64,000 bases of DNA, from the NCBI GenBank assembly GCA_951406725.2, contig OX597830.1:18538001-18602000 (forward strand), in the 5' to 3' direction. Of the stretch, positions 36,001-50,445 are shown piece by piece. This DNA is from Octopus vulgaris (taxonomy: Eukaryota). A program made the translations under genes and the position numbers. The notes beneath the pieces are model-generated. The model had not been told where the DNA came from, did not search any database, and saw only the letters and a program-made list of their open reading frames with translations. Position 1 is the stretch's first letter, and every line of letters starts with the position of its first letter.

Positions 36001-37701
36001 CATTGATTTTTGATGTTGGTGTACTTTCATTTTCGTATTTGGTTTGGAAGTTTCTTGATGTGAACTTGTGTGTTGAAACAAATTTTGTTGTTATCATGAG
36101 AAAGTCATTATGCCAACAATAAACATACGCACTGGTTCTGTTTCATTTCTTTTACCATTACTCATCAATTGTTTAATTAATCACTTGTCTTAATCTATCA
36201 ACTGATTTGTTGATTGGTTAAATGGTCAATTAGTTAACTAACAATAATAAAAGAAGTGGATAGAATCAGTGTGTGTGTTTATTATTGGCATAATGACTCT
36301 CCAAGAACAGGATATTGTAGCCTTATATAGCTTTGAAAAGGTGGGATCATCACAGCTGAAATAGTTCACTCACTCAATGGCATTCAAGCTGCAATCAGTC
36401 TGAAGATAAACAACACTGATCAGGAACAAGCCTGTGCTCAATATAGCAGTTAAATCTCTCTCAAATCACACTCTATTGAAGGCAGTAGTCCAGCATGGCT
36501 TTGGTCGTAATTGCTAAGATATTGAAAAACTGGTTTTCCTTTAAAAAAAAAAAGGGCACTTTTATACAAAAATAAATGGAAAAAAAAACAAACTAGTTAT
36601 TCATGTCTGGAAGGTCTTTGATTGTGGATGTGCTGGATCAGAGCTGACCTGGGGCTAAACAGCAACACCAGGGTGTATCACTACATGGTCACTCGATATG
36701 CTAGAAATAACAGTTAAATGTAACCCTACAGCTTAAAAGAAAAAGATAGGAATCTGGGTAAAGTAATCTCAGATACATTACATCTAAAGAAATGAATGCA
36801 TGATCAATCACAAGTGGAATGCCTTTGATCACAGATCTGCCATGTCATGGTTAACCTGGGACTAAGCAACAAAAACTATTTTGTTGCTGTTGTTATTACT
36901 ACTTACCAACACAATCACCATCAACTCTTATTATCATCACCCCTCCTTGCCAAATAATCACCACTACCTACTACTAACTGCAATTAAACCCACCTGTGTT
37001 TGCTACCAAATTACTATCAACTAGATACAGACTTACTAAAACATTCCTTTAGCTACTACTACTACTACACACACACATGCATCATCATTTTAACGTCCAC
37101 TTTTCCATGCTTGCATGGGTCAGACAGAATTTACCGAGTGCAATTTTCTGTGGTTGGATACTTTTACCTGTTGCCAACCTTCATTTGCTCCAGGTATTTC
37201 TAAACATCCAGACAGGTCTTTGTAGAATATAGGAAAAGATGTCAAGACAAATAAACACACACACACACATTATCATCATTTTAATGTCCACTTTTCCACG
37301 CCCACATGGATTGGACAGAATTTTGCTGAGGTGGCTTTTTTACAGCCAGATTCCTTTCCTGCCACCAACCCTCAGTTATTTCCAGGCAAAGTAATATTCC
37401 CCCATGACCAGCCACACCAAGCAATGTCAAGGCAAGGAGACAGTAATGTACAGGTGCATGCACGCATGCACACGCACACACACACACAGAGTTTCTGTCT
37501 ACCAAATCAATTCACAAGGCTTTGGTTGTGTCACAGTTAAAGTTGAAGACACTTGCTCAAGGTGCCATGCATGGGGCTGAACCGAGAACCATGTAGTTGA
37601 GAAGCAAACTTCTTAACCATACAGTCATATCTGTGACTAAAGTATATAGCCACACACACACATACACACTCACAGAAGCACAAAGATCTATATATATCTT
37701 A

Positions 37702-37875
37702 TCATCATCATCATTTAACGTCTGCTTTCCATGCTAGCATGGGTTGGACGGTTTGACTGTGGGCTGGCGAACCAGATGGCTGCACCAGGCTCCAGTCTGA
37801 TCTGGCAGAGTTTCTACAGCTGGATGCCCTTCCTAACGCCAACCACTCCAAGAGTGTAGTGGGTGCTTTTATGTG
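37702..37875 (-). mobile_element. Family C short retroposon
   Basis: Matches 35657-35840. Confidence 0.9.
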
Positions 37876-37919
37876 CCTTTACATGTCATATATATCTCTC
37901 TATATAAATATCTTATATA

Positions 37920-37960
<41 letters not shown>

Positions 37961-37961
37961 T

Positions 37962-38131
37962 TCTACACTCGCGGAGTGGTTGGCGTTAGGAAGGGCATCC
38001 AGCTGTAGAAACACTGCCAGATCAGACTGGAGCCTGGTGCAGCCCCTGGCTTCCCAGACCCTGGTCGAACCATCCAACCCGTGCTAGCGTGGAAAACGGA
38101 CGTTAAATGATGATGATGATGATGATGATGA
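37962..38131 (+). mobile_element. Family C short retroposon
   Basis: Inverted relative to 37702-37875; (GAT)n tail. Confidence 0.9.
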
Positions 38132-38140
38132 TATTTATTA

Positions 38141-38490
38141 GTGAAGATGCATAACTCTGGTTAGAGCATCAAGTTTACAATTGTGAGGTTGTGAGTTCGA
38201 TTCCCAGACTGAGCTGCGTGTTGTGTTCTTTAGCAAGACACTTTATTTCACATTGCTCCAGTTCACTCAGCTATAGAAATGAGCTGCGATGTCACCGGTG
38301 CCAAGCTGTATCAGCCGTTACCTTTCCCTTGGATAACATCGGTGGTGTAGAGAGGGGAGGCTGGTATGCATGGGCGACTACTGGTTTTCCATAAAAACAA
38401 CCCTAGGTTGTACGTTTGCTGATGAGGCGACATTCCTCCTAGACTTGTACCCAAGAAGGGAGCCTCTTAGGTGCACCCACGACCATTTAT
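38141..38490 (+). mobile_element. Family H tRNA-derived SINE
   Basis: Head GTGAAGATGCAT...GGTTAGAGC...GAGTTCGATTCC; body TTGCTCCAGTTCACTCAGCT; related copies at ~14691-14890, ~33545-33770 and 63124-63458. Confidence 0.75.
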
Positions 38491-38709
38491 GACCAATAGA
38501 GTTGAGTTAATGTATATTACATTCATAGCAGAAGGTACTAAATATCAAAATATTTTATCACAACTGGTGAGATAACTAGTGTTTATCCCAATACATACCT
38601 CATCACTTAATAGAGCTATAATTCAAATAATAACTACACTCTCCACCACAGCCCCATACTTACCATATCATCTGATATTAAATAATATCTGCTTTTGCCA
38701 CTACCTCGT

Positions 38710-38938
38710 TTAACCCTTTCGTTACTGTATTTATTTTGAGATGCTCTGTGTTTCTTTCAATTATTTTAAATATAACAAAGAATTTAGTAAAATAACTTAG
38801 TTATGATTCAGCTAATGTTAGGAACATTAATTGTGACTAAGGTTTAGTGGTATATTTTAATTTAAAACTTTTGAAAACAAGACATTTGTACTACAGAGCC
38901 AGAGCTGGTTTCAGCCAGGTTTGTAACAAAAGGGTTAA
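38710..38938. mobile_element. piggyBac-type MITE, family D
   Basis: TTAA-CCCTTTCGTTAC...GTAACAAAAGGG-TTAA. Confidence 0.9.
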
Positions 38939-39144
38939 TTTTCTGACTGGAAGGAAAAATCTCTAAGCATGAATTTTTGTTTGAAAATTGCATGACAGTA
39001 TAAGCTGCCGATAAATCCTGTCTACAACAAGTACAGTCCAATTTAATTTCCTTTTTTTTTTGTAGTGTAGCCCCAAACAGCCCTGTTTAAACAAACCTAT
39101 ACAGAGAACATAACTATATGCTTGACTATACTGAGCCTTTCACA

Positions 39145-39447
39145 CAGAGGTTTCCAACCATTTTCTGCCTATGAACTCCTTTGTTTACTATTCTATTCTG
39201 GTGCCCCTCTCCCCATAGCCATTCAATGTGTGCAAAAATTAGTTTTTACAGATGCCCCTTTCAAAATGACCGTTTTGTTTCTCATACACTAACTTGTGTA
39301 AGATGAACTATGTAAAATGTTGCGAAATAAATACATTGAAAGCAAAATCTTTTCATGGACCCTTAAAATACTACGGTGGATCCCCTATTTATTATTTTGC
39401 TTGCATGGATCCACAGGGGTCATATGGACCCCAATTAAAAAGCACAG
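39145..39447. mobile_element. hAT MITE, older relative of 1432-1809
   Basis: Shared internal CCATAGCCATTCAATG and GAACTATGTAAAATGTT; near-TSD CTTTCACA / TTTTCACA. Confidence 0.75.
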
Positions 39448-41414
39448 TTTTCACATATACTGTATCACTGTCTGGCTGAATACTACACTGAAACTCTTTG
39501 ACAAGCAGTAGTTGTTTTTTTGCTAACTGTTGGTCAGTCCCCAGGCCAGCCCTCACTCAACAGATTTATGATCAAAGATATTTCAGATGCAAGCACTTAG
39601 GGTATCTAAGAGATACCTCCACACTGGAAATAGCAGCCAAAACTTGACTCTAAAACCACTTTAAATGTTCATACAGCACCAGGGGAGAAGACAAAAGGAC
39701 AAGATAAACTAGCAAAAATTTTACTGGATAATTCCAGATCCCGGATTTCTGACTTTGCATAAGAAATGCTTTGCCTCATCAGTGGAATATACACAGACAG
39801 TAACATATATATATATATATATATATCCGTGCGCACACACACACACACACATTTATGCATGTGTGTGTGTGTAAACTTGTCTGGGCATCATGTGATGTTT
39901 GTAAATGAGTATCAAGTGAGGTTGTTCATTTCCAATTTTCTGTGCAAAAGCATGTCTAGCTATGGGAAATAATTGCCTTGCTTAGAACAGGAAGGGCATC
40001 TAGCTGTAGAAAATCTGCCTCGAGAAATTGTCTGACCCAGGCAAATATGGACATTAGAGCTGGCATTTTGAATAGCAGACATAGTCCATCTGGTTGGTTT
40101 TCGCTAAGTTTCTGTCAATCCAATTTCATTTGCAAAGCTTGGGCTGGCCAGAGGCTATGGTAAAAGAACCTTGCTCAAGATGTTCCACAGTAAAATTGAA
40201 CCCAAGTCCTTATGATTATCAGACAAACTTTTTAGCTATTCTCTCATGCTCTCACACACACACAGTGTTATGTCTGTGTTTACCTCAGCCATTCCACTCC
40301 TATTTCACAGTTTGGATGGTTAAGTAGTTAATGGTAGGAAGTGCAATCATCTGTAAAAAGAGATTTTTTTTTCTTTGTAGGTGAAAAAAATCCTATCCAA
40401 ACTAGCCTAGAAAAATAGCTATAAACCTATCCCCTAGTAAAATCCCTACACATGCTTGCGTGTGTGCGAGCACACACATACACACTTATATTCACTCAAT
40501 CAGACATATATCTTCCACATTTCTCCTATGTCCGCTCCTGCTTTTCTATGACAAGCCAAGGAACTATCATTTGTTTTCTGTTTTTTTTTTCAGAGGTGAG
40601 GGTTTAGTTTACAGTTATAATCACATATACACACACACACTAAAGGGTTTATTTTACAGTTATAATATATAAGAGAGGGTTTAGTTTACAGTTATAAACA
40701 TATCTAAGATTAATGTTAAGACAATAATGATGTCACATCAAAGAGACAATTCACTGCTTAATCTTTTTTGTAAGTCAACTGTTTTTTTAGTGTCTCTGTC
40801 ACTTGGGAAATTAAAGAACATCTAGGGAGTTTGTGTCTCTTAAATTAAGAAATTAAGTACAATAGGGACATCCAATGAAAATAAGAGAGCAAAACAGTTT
40901 TTAACTCTCTTTTCCTTCTTTCATCTAGTGTTCTTTGTGTCTTCATGTAGGGAATAAATTTCCATACAACCCACCCAACTTACTCCCACCCTAACTGCTT
41001 ATACTCTTACCCTGTGTCCTATATCCTGTGTACCCTGACCAGAGTTTAGATGCTTTCTTTTCTTGTTTATTCCAATTGTCTTCGGTGATAAATGTGAAAT
41101 ATCAGAATATCAGAGTACAGAAAAACAAGGTCCTCCTTATTTATAACAAGTAAATGGGACAGCTATGTCCTTCCAGTTCAATTGGAAAGAGAAGGAGGGA
41201 GAAGAAGGACCGAGAGAGTGAGATATAAGGGGAAGGAGTCCTTTATTTCCTATTCAGTCTAAGAGTTCAATGCTTTCTCTTACAGCTACAATCTATTTTA
41301 TAAGCCAGATGCTCCCACCCCCATGGGATAATATTTTGGAATTTTTGTTTGTTGTTTACTAGTCTTAAGTTGGCCCTGATCAAGCAGATTCATGGTCACA
41401 GGTACTCCAGAAAG

Positions 41415-41643
41415 GCGGCAAGCTGGCAGAACTGTTAGCACGCTGGGCGAAATGCGTAGCCGTATTTTGTCTGCCGTTACGTTCTGAGTTCAAATTCCGC
41501 CGAGGTCGACTTTGCTTTTCATCCTTTCGGGGTTGATTAAATAAGTACCAATTACGCACTGGGGTCGATATAATCGACTTAATCCGTCTGTCTGTCCTTG
41601 TTTGTCCCCTCTGTGTTTAGCCCCTTGTGGGTTGTAAAGAAAT
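41415..41643 (+). mobile_element. Family B SINE
   Basis: TSD AGGTACTCCAGAAAG at 41400-41414 and 41644-41658. Confidence 0.92.
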
Positions 41644-41706
41644 AGGTACTCCAGAAAGTGATATATCTAGGACTATAATATTAACTGCTTCCTACCAGTT
41701 TTAATG

Positions 41707-41945
41707 TGGAGGCACATGGCCTAGTGGTTAGAGCAGTGGACTCGCAGTTGAGGGATTGTGGGTTCGAATCTCAGACTGGTCGATGTGTGTGTTTATGAGC
41801 GAAACACCTAAGCTCCATGTGGCTCTGGCAGAAGGTAATGGATCCTCTGCTGACTCTTTCGCCACAACTTTCTCTCACTCTTTCCTCCTGCATCTTGCAA
41901 CTCAACTGCGATGGACCAGTATCCCGTCCAGTTGGGGAACCTATA
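41707..41945 (+). mobile_element. Family F SINE, 3' incomplete
   Basis: Reverse-complement match to 11005-11249. Confidence 0.85.
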
Positions 41946-42323
41946 CACTATAGCAGAAGATAACAATTGCCCAAAGTACCATGCTGTAGGATCAAACTCA
42001 GAGCACATGGTTGTGAAGTGGACTTCATAACCAAGACACTCATGCTAGTGCAATAAACCTTCTCCATTTAGCCTATCAAGAGAAATTACCAGCACTTACT
42101 CTAATATTACTGAATCAACGATATTCTAGGTTGATATTGTTCATTCATTTCAACATTCTCTTCACACTCAAGCAAGGAACTTAGTGATTATTTTCTTTCT
42201 TTTATTTTAATGGCTTAGTGGAATGATGATGTTTCTGGGACCACTAACCTGGGATGAGCTCAACCTCATCAATCAATGCCTTGTCAGTAGAATTTTGTAG
42301 ACAGAAAGTGTGCAGAAGCCCTG

Positions 42324-42356
<33 letters not shown>

Positions 42357-43350
42357 ATATTCTTTATCTAAAAATAGGAAAGAAATGTTTGATAATGTGA
42401 CTGTTATGCAAATGATGTTTGTTTCCAGTATTTCCTTAGAAAGTATGTCTAGTCATGGGAAAAATATTACCTTGCTTGGAAATAGGTGAGCATTAGCAAC
42501 AGGAAGAGCATCAGGTTGTATAAAATCTGCCCACAACAAATTTTGTCTGACCCATGCAAGCATCAAAAAGTGGATGCAAGTGGGATGAGCCGTGCCGTTG
42601 AAACTTTTTAAAGGGCCTCTAAGATGAAGTTATTCTCCGAGTGGAATCCTGCTCAAATGCTTATGTTACAGCTCTCAAAATTCTGATGGTGATGTTAGTT
42701 AGACCAACCAACTGACAGCACCAACCACCCAAGAATAAGAATGATCTCTCCAACAAGCCTTTCCAAGGTTTCTTTCTATCTTCCTGACAATGTTTTAGTT
42801 AACCTGAACCAAAGCTTAGTGCAGAAAAATGTGAATTGGTTTTATTTCACAGCTAGGTGTATCCACTGATGGACAAATGACCATATGGGTAGGCAGCTTG
42901 GTAACAACTTGGCATGTTACTATGGAAACATATACCCATATGTCTGTGGCTTTTGATTGGCTAAAATTAACCAAAATTTGCAAACTTTAAAAGCTGTCAC
43001 CTTTTCATTTATTGATTTATGGTGAAAATGAATTTTGTGTCAATGATTACCAAACAAAACTACACCAATACACCAAATATGAAATCAATTGAAACACAAA
43101 TTGAAGAAACTGGAAAGTGGCAGCAAAACAGAAAAGATCTGATCTGTATTGTTTAAATGCTACAAAGGCTATGAGGGTCCATCTGAGTAAAATAGGTATC
43201 AAAGGTAAAAAAATGGTTAGAAACCACTGTTCTACATGGTCGCTCAACCTGCTAAAAATAGTAGGGGAATCTCTTTTTAAATTACACCTTACCATCTTAA
43301 CAAGAAAGGACACATTGGACTGTGTAGTCTGAGATATGGGTGGAATACCT

Positions 43351-43555
43351 ATTTCTTTACTACCCACAAGGGGCTAAACACAGAGAGGACAAACAAGGAC
43401 AGACAAACGGATTAAGTCAATTATATCAACCCCATTGTGTAACTGGTACTTAATTTATCGACCTCGAAAGGATGAAAGGCAAAGTCAACCTTGGCGGAAT
43501 TTGAACTCAGAACATTTTGCCCTGTGTGCTAACGTTTCTGCCAGTTCCCTGCTTT
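43351..43555 (-). mobile_element. Family B SINE (internal deletion)
   Basis: TSD TATGGGTGGAATACCT at 43335-43350 and 43556-43571. Confidence 0.9.
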
Positions 43556-44222
43556 TATGGGTGGAATACCTTTCATCAAAATGTCAGCCATCTCAGAAGT
43601 AATGGTAGGGGTGGGCTAAACAATCACAATAAAGAATAATATTTACTTAAACCAATAGCTTCAATTGCTTGACCATTAGTGGTTAGAGGAACATACTGAC
43701 AATTACTTAGTTGGTGGTCAGTGGTTTATACTGATAATTGCTCCAATAGTGGAGGTTAAAGGTTATAACAGTTTGGTCATTAATCATAGTCAGCTGCTTG
43801 ACCATTACTGGTCAAAGGTAACTTACAGACAATTACCAATGAAAGTGTAGGGTTTCTTTTTTTTGTTTTGATTTTAGTGTCTTTTCTGCTAGTTTCTACA
43901 ATATCCTTCTTTTCAAGATGGTAGTATGTGATTTGAGGAAGAACTGACTACAATTTTCAGTAGGTTGAGTGACCATCAAGAAGGTTCTTTCACCAACTCA
44001 GTGATTATATATATATACATGTGGTGTTTGCATATGCATATATGTTACAGGCTATATTTACACACACACATGTATACTCACAACACACACGTGTGTGTCT
44101 GTATCTAAATATTGTGTGTTTTATGTATTAAGCTCGTCTATATTTACATTGTATAATATATATATATTATAATATATATATATACTTGGAAATGGATGCT
44201 TGGCGTTCAATTAAATAATATA

Positions 44223-44261
<39 letters not shown>

Positions 44262-44640
44262 CATATATATATTCACATACGTAAATTTTTGTGTGTGTGT
44301 ATCGAAATATTATGTTTGTAATCTGTCTATATTTACATTTTAAAATATAAGGTTTTGTGTGCATGTATATGCTTCTGTGTGTATACACAAACGTTTGTAT
44401 CTGTGTGTATATCATATATCAAAATGGTAGCAAATTCTTTTTTTTTTTTTTTTAAATCCATGGCCAATGAAACTTCTGGGTGGTCTGTCTGCTTAGAAAT
44501 GGTTTGGCATCGAAAATAAATTCTCACTGTGGACAAAATATCAACATCTGCCAAATCCTTCACTTGTAGCTTATAAACTTTCTACTTTCTATGGGTTTTT
44601 TTTTTTTCTCTAAAATATAAACCACTATGCTGCAATAAGC

Positions 44641-45327
<687 letters not shown>

Positions 45328-45492
45328 TGAGTGGCTGTGTGGTAAGTAGCTTGCTAACCAACCACATGGTTCCGGGTTCAGTCCCACTGCGTGGCATCTT
45401 GGGCAAGTGTCTTCTGCTATAGCCCCGGGCCGACCAATGCCTTGTGAGTGGATTTGGTAGATGGAAACTGAAAGAAGCCTGTCGTATATGTG

Positions 45493-45523
<31 letters not shown>

Positions 45524-45721
45524 GGGTTTGTATATCTGTGTTTGTCCCCCCTAGCATTGCTTGACAACCGATGCTGGTGTGTTTATGTCCCTGTTACTTA
45601 GCGGTTCGGCAAAAGAGACCGATAGAATAAGTACTGGGCTTACAAAGAATAAGTCCCGGGGTCGATTTGATCGACTAAAGGCGGTGCTCCAGCATGGCCA
45701 CAGTTAAATGACTGAAACAAG

Positions 45722-45730
<9 letters not shown>
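45328..45730 (+). mobile_element. Family A SINE, young copy
   Basis: Near-identical to 30962-31393. Confidence 0.92.
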
Positions 45731-45760
<30 letters not shown>

Positions 45761-46514
45761 TACACATATACACACATATAAATATATCTAGCCATGGGGA
45801 AAATATTACCTTTGCTTCTATCTAGAAGGCAAAGGAAAGTAAAGGAAACTTTACTTTTCTGTCCTGGACATCAATGTTTTGAAACTGATCTAATTTTCAT
45901 TACCATTTAGACAGATTCAATTCAGAGTTGCAGAAGTAGAAATATCGTTATGGCAAATATTTTGCTCAATACCACAGATTTGCTTGTCAGTTGCTTGACC
46001 ATAACCACTTGAGCATGTCTCTGAGTGGCCGACAATATGTGCATCTCTGATCATGAGCAGGAGTAATGAGGGAACATCATAGCCATCTATTGAGAGAGAT
46101 TCTTTGAGGTTTGAATATATTAAAGAAGAGCAAAGTTTGAAGGAAATAATAGCCATTTTTCACACTTTCTAGCGGGTAAATGGGTAAGCAAGTAAGAAAT
46201 AAGAGCTGCTACCCAAGGACTAAAATCAATAACTCAAGTAATTAAGAAATTATATTAAAGTATTAATGTGCATTGGTAATTTCATTGTAGATTCAGTCCG
46301 CTTGTTCACACTGTCTGACCTGCTAAAAATAACAGCCAAATCTTACTCAAAATACACTCGGTCTTCTTGAAAAAAAGAAATAAGAGGATGCATTGGGTAC
46401 ACAGCACAGGTAAAATTAAATACAAGACCAAATGGTCAAAGCATGTATACTTTTGATCATAAATTTGGTCAATCAGAGCTGAGCTAGAGGTAGGTAAACA
46501 ACACCAACTAGGTG

Positions 46515-46635
46515 TTAACCCTTTTGTTACTGTATTTATTTTGAGATGCTCTGTGTTTCTTTCAATTACTTCAAATATAACAAAGAATTTAAGAGCCAGA
46601 GCCGGTTTTGGCCAGGTTTGTAACGAAAGGGTTAA
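46515..46635. mobile_element. Internally deleted family D MITE
   Basis: Both TTAA-CCCTTT ends intact; central ~100 bp missing relative to the other copies. Confidence 0.85.
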
Positions 46636-47577
46636 ACAAGTGAACAAGAAAGCCTTTGTGGTCACTCAGTTTGTTAGAAATAGCAACCAATATGTGCTTG
46701 AAAAAAAAAATGGGATAGGATGGTCATTGTTATTCCTCTTGATCACTGGTTTGTTCAGTCAAGGCTGGCCTTGGGCTAAACAACAACCACAACTAGTTAT
46801 CAATCTCAGCTCCTTCAGAGCTGCTTACCAACCACAACTTGAAGATGTTTGTCACTCAGTTTTTCCAATACTGACAACCCATACAATGGCTTAAATCCTC
46901 CACCTGCCTAATAATCAAACAAAATGTAGTTTTTGTTTCCTTTCCTTTTCTTTTTTTCTTTTTTCTTTTTTTTTTTTTTTGTACATCATTCAGAAGTACA
47001 TATGTACCGGGGAGGGAAATAAATTTCCTTTCAAATAAACTTCCTTTGCTTCTTCAAAAAGTGTCTAAAAATCAGAACAATACATGAAGTAGGAGACAGC
47101 TAAGATTTGCCTAAAGGTATTTCTTTGTATAAAGTTAACTGGTTTAATGGGGTGTTACACTCTTCAATTAGAATGTTAGTTTGAAATTTATCCCCACAGA
47201 AAAAAGAAACTGTTTAAAAATAGGGCTGTTTTCGATTTTCCCCTCAACATAGTTTCAAGATGACACTAAAAGCACTAAAAAGAGTATTTCTCTGAGTCAC
47301 CATGGTACCATACAATCAGTAAGTTCACATTCTGTTTCACTTGTTTAAGTATTTGGATTGTGGCCATGCTGGGGCACTGCCTTAAAGGGTTTTAGTAGAA
47401 CAGCTCGACTCTGGTACTAATTTTTCAAGTCTGGTACTTGTTCTACTGGTGAATTTTGCTGAACCTATAAGTTGCAAGGACGTAAACAAACCAAACCCGG
47501 TTGCCAAATGGCAGGTTTGAGGAGGAGGTGCAAACATAGACACAAAAGAGACACACAAAGAAGTGTGCGTGTGCATG

Positions 47578-47627
<50 letters not shown>

Positions 47628-48782
47628 GGGCTCCACAGTTTCCGTCTTCCGAATTCACTTAATTGGTTGGTCCAGCGGTATAGTAGATACACATGCCCAA
47701 GAAGCAGCATGATGGAACTGAACCTGGAAGCATGTGGTTGCAAAGCATGCTTCTTAACCACACAGCCATGCCTCAACCAGTTTCACACCACAACTTTTTT
47801 TCTATTTGCTCCAGCATAGCCTTGGTTATGAAATATGTCCATCGAATGTTCAGAAGAGAACATGTTGGGAAAAAGGGCTTATTTTTCAATTGGTTTCAGC
47901 CATTCACTGGATTGTATGTGGTCATGCTGGAGTACCATCATTAATCAAGTACATATGTTGTTTTATTGGCCTCAGAATGGAGTAAAGCAATTTAGTATAA
48001 TGTAGCTAAGAATAAGTTTTCCACTTCTTTTGTGACTATATTTACAAGCTGGCAATACATAAAAAGTACCCATGCTGGCGTCATGTAAATGGCACCCATG
48101 GTGACACCACATATTAAAGCACCCATGCTTGTGCCATGTGCAAGTGTGCTGCTGCCCATGTACAAGGCATTTGTGCCGGTGTCACATCAAAAGCACCCAG
48201 TACACTTTGTAAAATGGTTAGCATTAGTAAAGGCATCCAGTCATAGAAACTGTGCCAAAACAGACAACTTCAGCTTGCGAGTTCCTGTCAAACTGTCTGA
48301 GCCATGCTAGCATGGAAAAGGGACATTAAATGATGATGGTGATGGTGATTTCTAATGAATAAAACTATCTTAATGTTGTATTGTTCCTCTTCAATAAATG
48401 TGCCAGCATGGCCGTTTGGTTAAGAAGCTTGCTTCCCAACCATATGGTCTAGGGTTCAGTCTCACTGTGCTGTACCTTGTGCAAGTGTCTTCTACTATAA
48501 CCCCAGTCCAACCACACCTTTCAGAGTGTGAATTTGGTGGACATAAACGGAAGCCCGTCATATGTGCACATGCATGTGTGTATACCCTTGTCTTGACATT
48601 ATAAACCATCATGTTGTCTGTTTGCAGTCTTCTGTGAAAAATATATCTGGCCCTGGGAACTAGCCATGCTGAACTGCTAAGTTACTGGGTCATAAATATG
48701 TCAACACCAGTTGTCAAGCTGTGGTGAGGAACAAATACAGGATACAAAGACACACACACACAAAGGACTTCTTTCTGTTTCT

Positions 48783-48983
48783 TATTTCTTTATTGCCCAC
48801 AAGGGGCTAAACATAGAGGGGACAAACAAGAACATACAAAGGGATTAAGTCGATTATATCAACCCCAGTGCGTAACTGGTACTTATTTACTTGACCCCGA
48901 AAGGATGAAAGGCTAAGTTGACCTCAGCAGAATTTGAACTCAGAACGTAAATACCACTAAGTATTTCGCCCGGCGTGCTAACG
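48783..48983 (-). mobile_element. Family B SINE nested in an old family A SINE
   Basis: 5'-truncated B copy; flanks rejoin as SINE A (CTTCTTTCTGTTTC|TGTCTACC). Confidence 0.8.
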
Positions 48984-50407
48984 TCTGTCTACCGAAATTG
49001 GTTGGCCTGAGGCTATAGTAGAAAACACTTGTTCAAGGTGCCATGCAATGAGACTGAACTTGGAAGCAAAATTCTTGCCACACAGCCACGCCTACAGCAG
49101 CTTTATAATATACATTAAATTTTACATATCAAAATACATTACGTCAATGTTGCCCAACTGAAATTAAATTTCATTTTGTCATTCATGTTGTAATGAGATT
49201 TTTATTGCGATTTTAATTTAAGTTTAAGTACTTATATACAAGCCTTCTCTGGCAGTTTGGTATCAAAAGTGTTAAGAATATTTCTGAGTTCACTTAAATT
49301 CATGGCATTTTTACAGCTAACAAATGAGAAATGTGAAACATTAGTTGTACATTCACACAGATCCTTATCTGCCAGTTTTCTCTACTCCAAAAAATTCATA
49401 TTTATTTCATTAGATTATATTTGACTTTATAATGGCAGGTCAAGTTTGTTTTCTTTTATTCTTTTACTTGTTTCAGTCATCAGACTGCGACCATGCTGGG
49501 GCACAGCCTTGAAGAATTTTAGTCAAACAAATTGGCCCCAGTGCTAATTTTTTTTTTTTTAAAGCCTGGTACTTATTCTATGGGTCTCTTTTGCTGAACT
49601 GCTAAGTTACGGAGACGTAAACACACACATTATATATATATATATATATTCGATGTGATTTTGCCTTACAAACTATCTCCCATAACATCTTTCATTATTG
49701 AATTGTTTAATAGGTTTTTTCTCTAAATTATATATATATATATATATATATATAAAATCATCATCATCATCATATAGCATCCATTTTCCATGCTGGCATG
49801 GGTTAGATGGATTGACAGCACTAGGCCCCAGTCTTATTTTGGCTTGGTTTCTACAGCTGGATGCCCTTCTTAATGCCAGCCACTCCATAGAGTGCACTGG
49901 GTGTCTATATAAATTACATACGACAAGCTTTTTTTCAGTTTCCCTCTACAAATTCCACTCACAAGGCTTTGGTAAACCTGAGGCTACAGTAGAAGGCAAA
50001 AGTGCAAAGTGTGACACAGTGGGACTGAACCAGGAACCATGTTGTTGGGAAGTAAACTTACCACACAGCCATGCCTTATGGGATGCCTGGGTTAATACCA
50101 CTACCTGTTGCAAACATTTGCCCAGTTTCCATTATGAAAATAAGTTCCCCCTTTTCCACTTCTCTCACAAGTTCTGAAGATCAGAAAAGGGTCATAAGAC
50201 ACTGCTTTTTCTCTTCTGAGGATTTATTTTATTTCATGCTTTTTTTTTTTTTTGTTGAAACCTAGGAGATTTTAACTGGAGAGAGGTGGGAAACGGTAGA
50301 AGCAATAGATAAAGAAAAGGTTGAAAATAAGACAAAAAATATGAAGAAAGGAAAAGTAAGAAATACAAAGATCAAGATTGAAAGAATCAGTGAAGATATA
50401 TATCTAT

Positions 50408-50445
<38 letters not shown>

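Noticed and set aside
40365-40410. Strong acceptor TTTTTTTTCTTTGTAG as the next coding exon
   Set aside because: The phase-1 frame reaches a stop within a few codons and no donor was found.
41707-41780. tRNA gene-like A and B boxes (also heads of families A, F, H)
   Set aside because: They continue into SINE bodies and do not form a full cloverleaf with acceptor stem.
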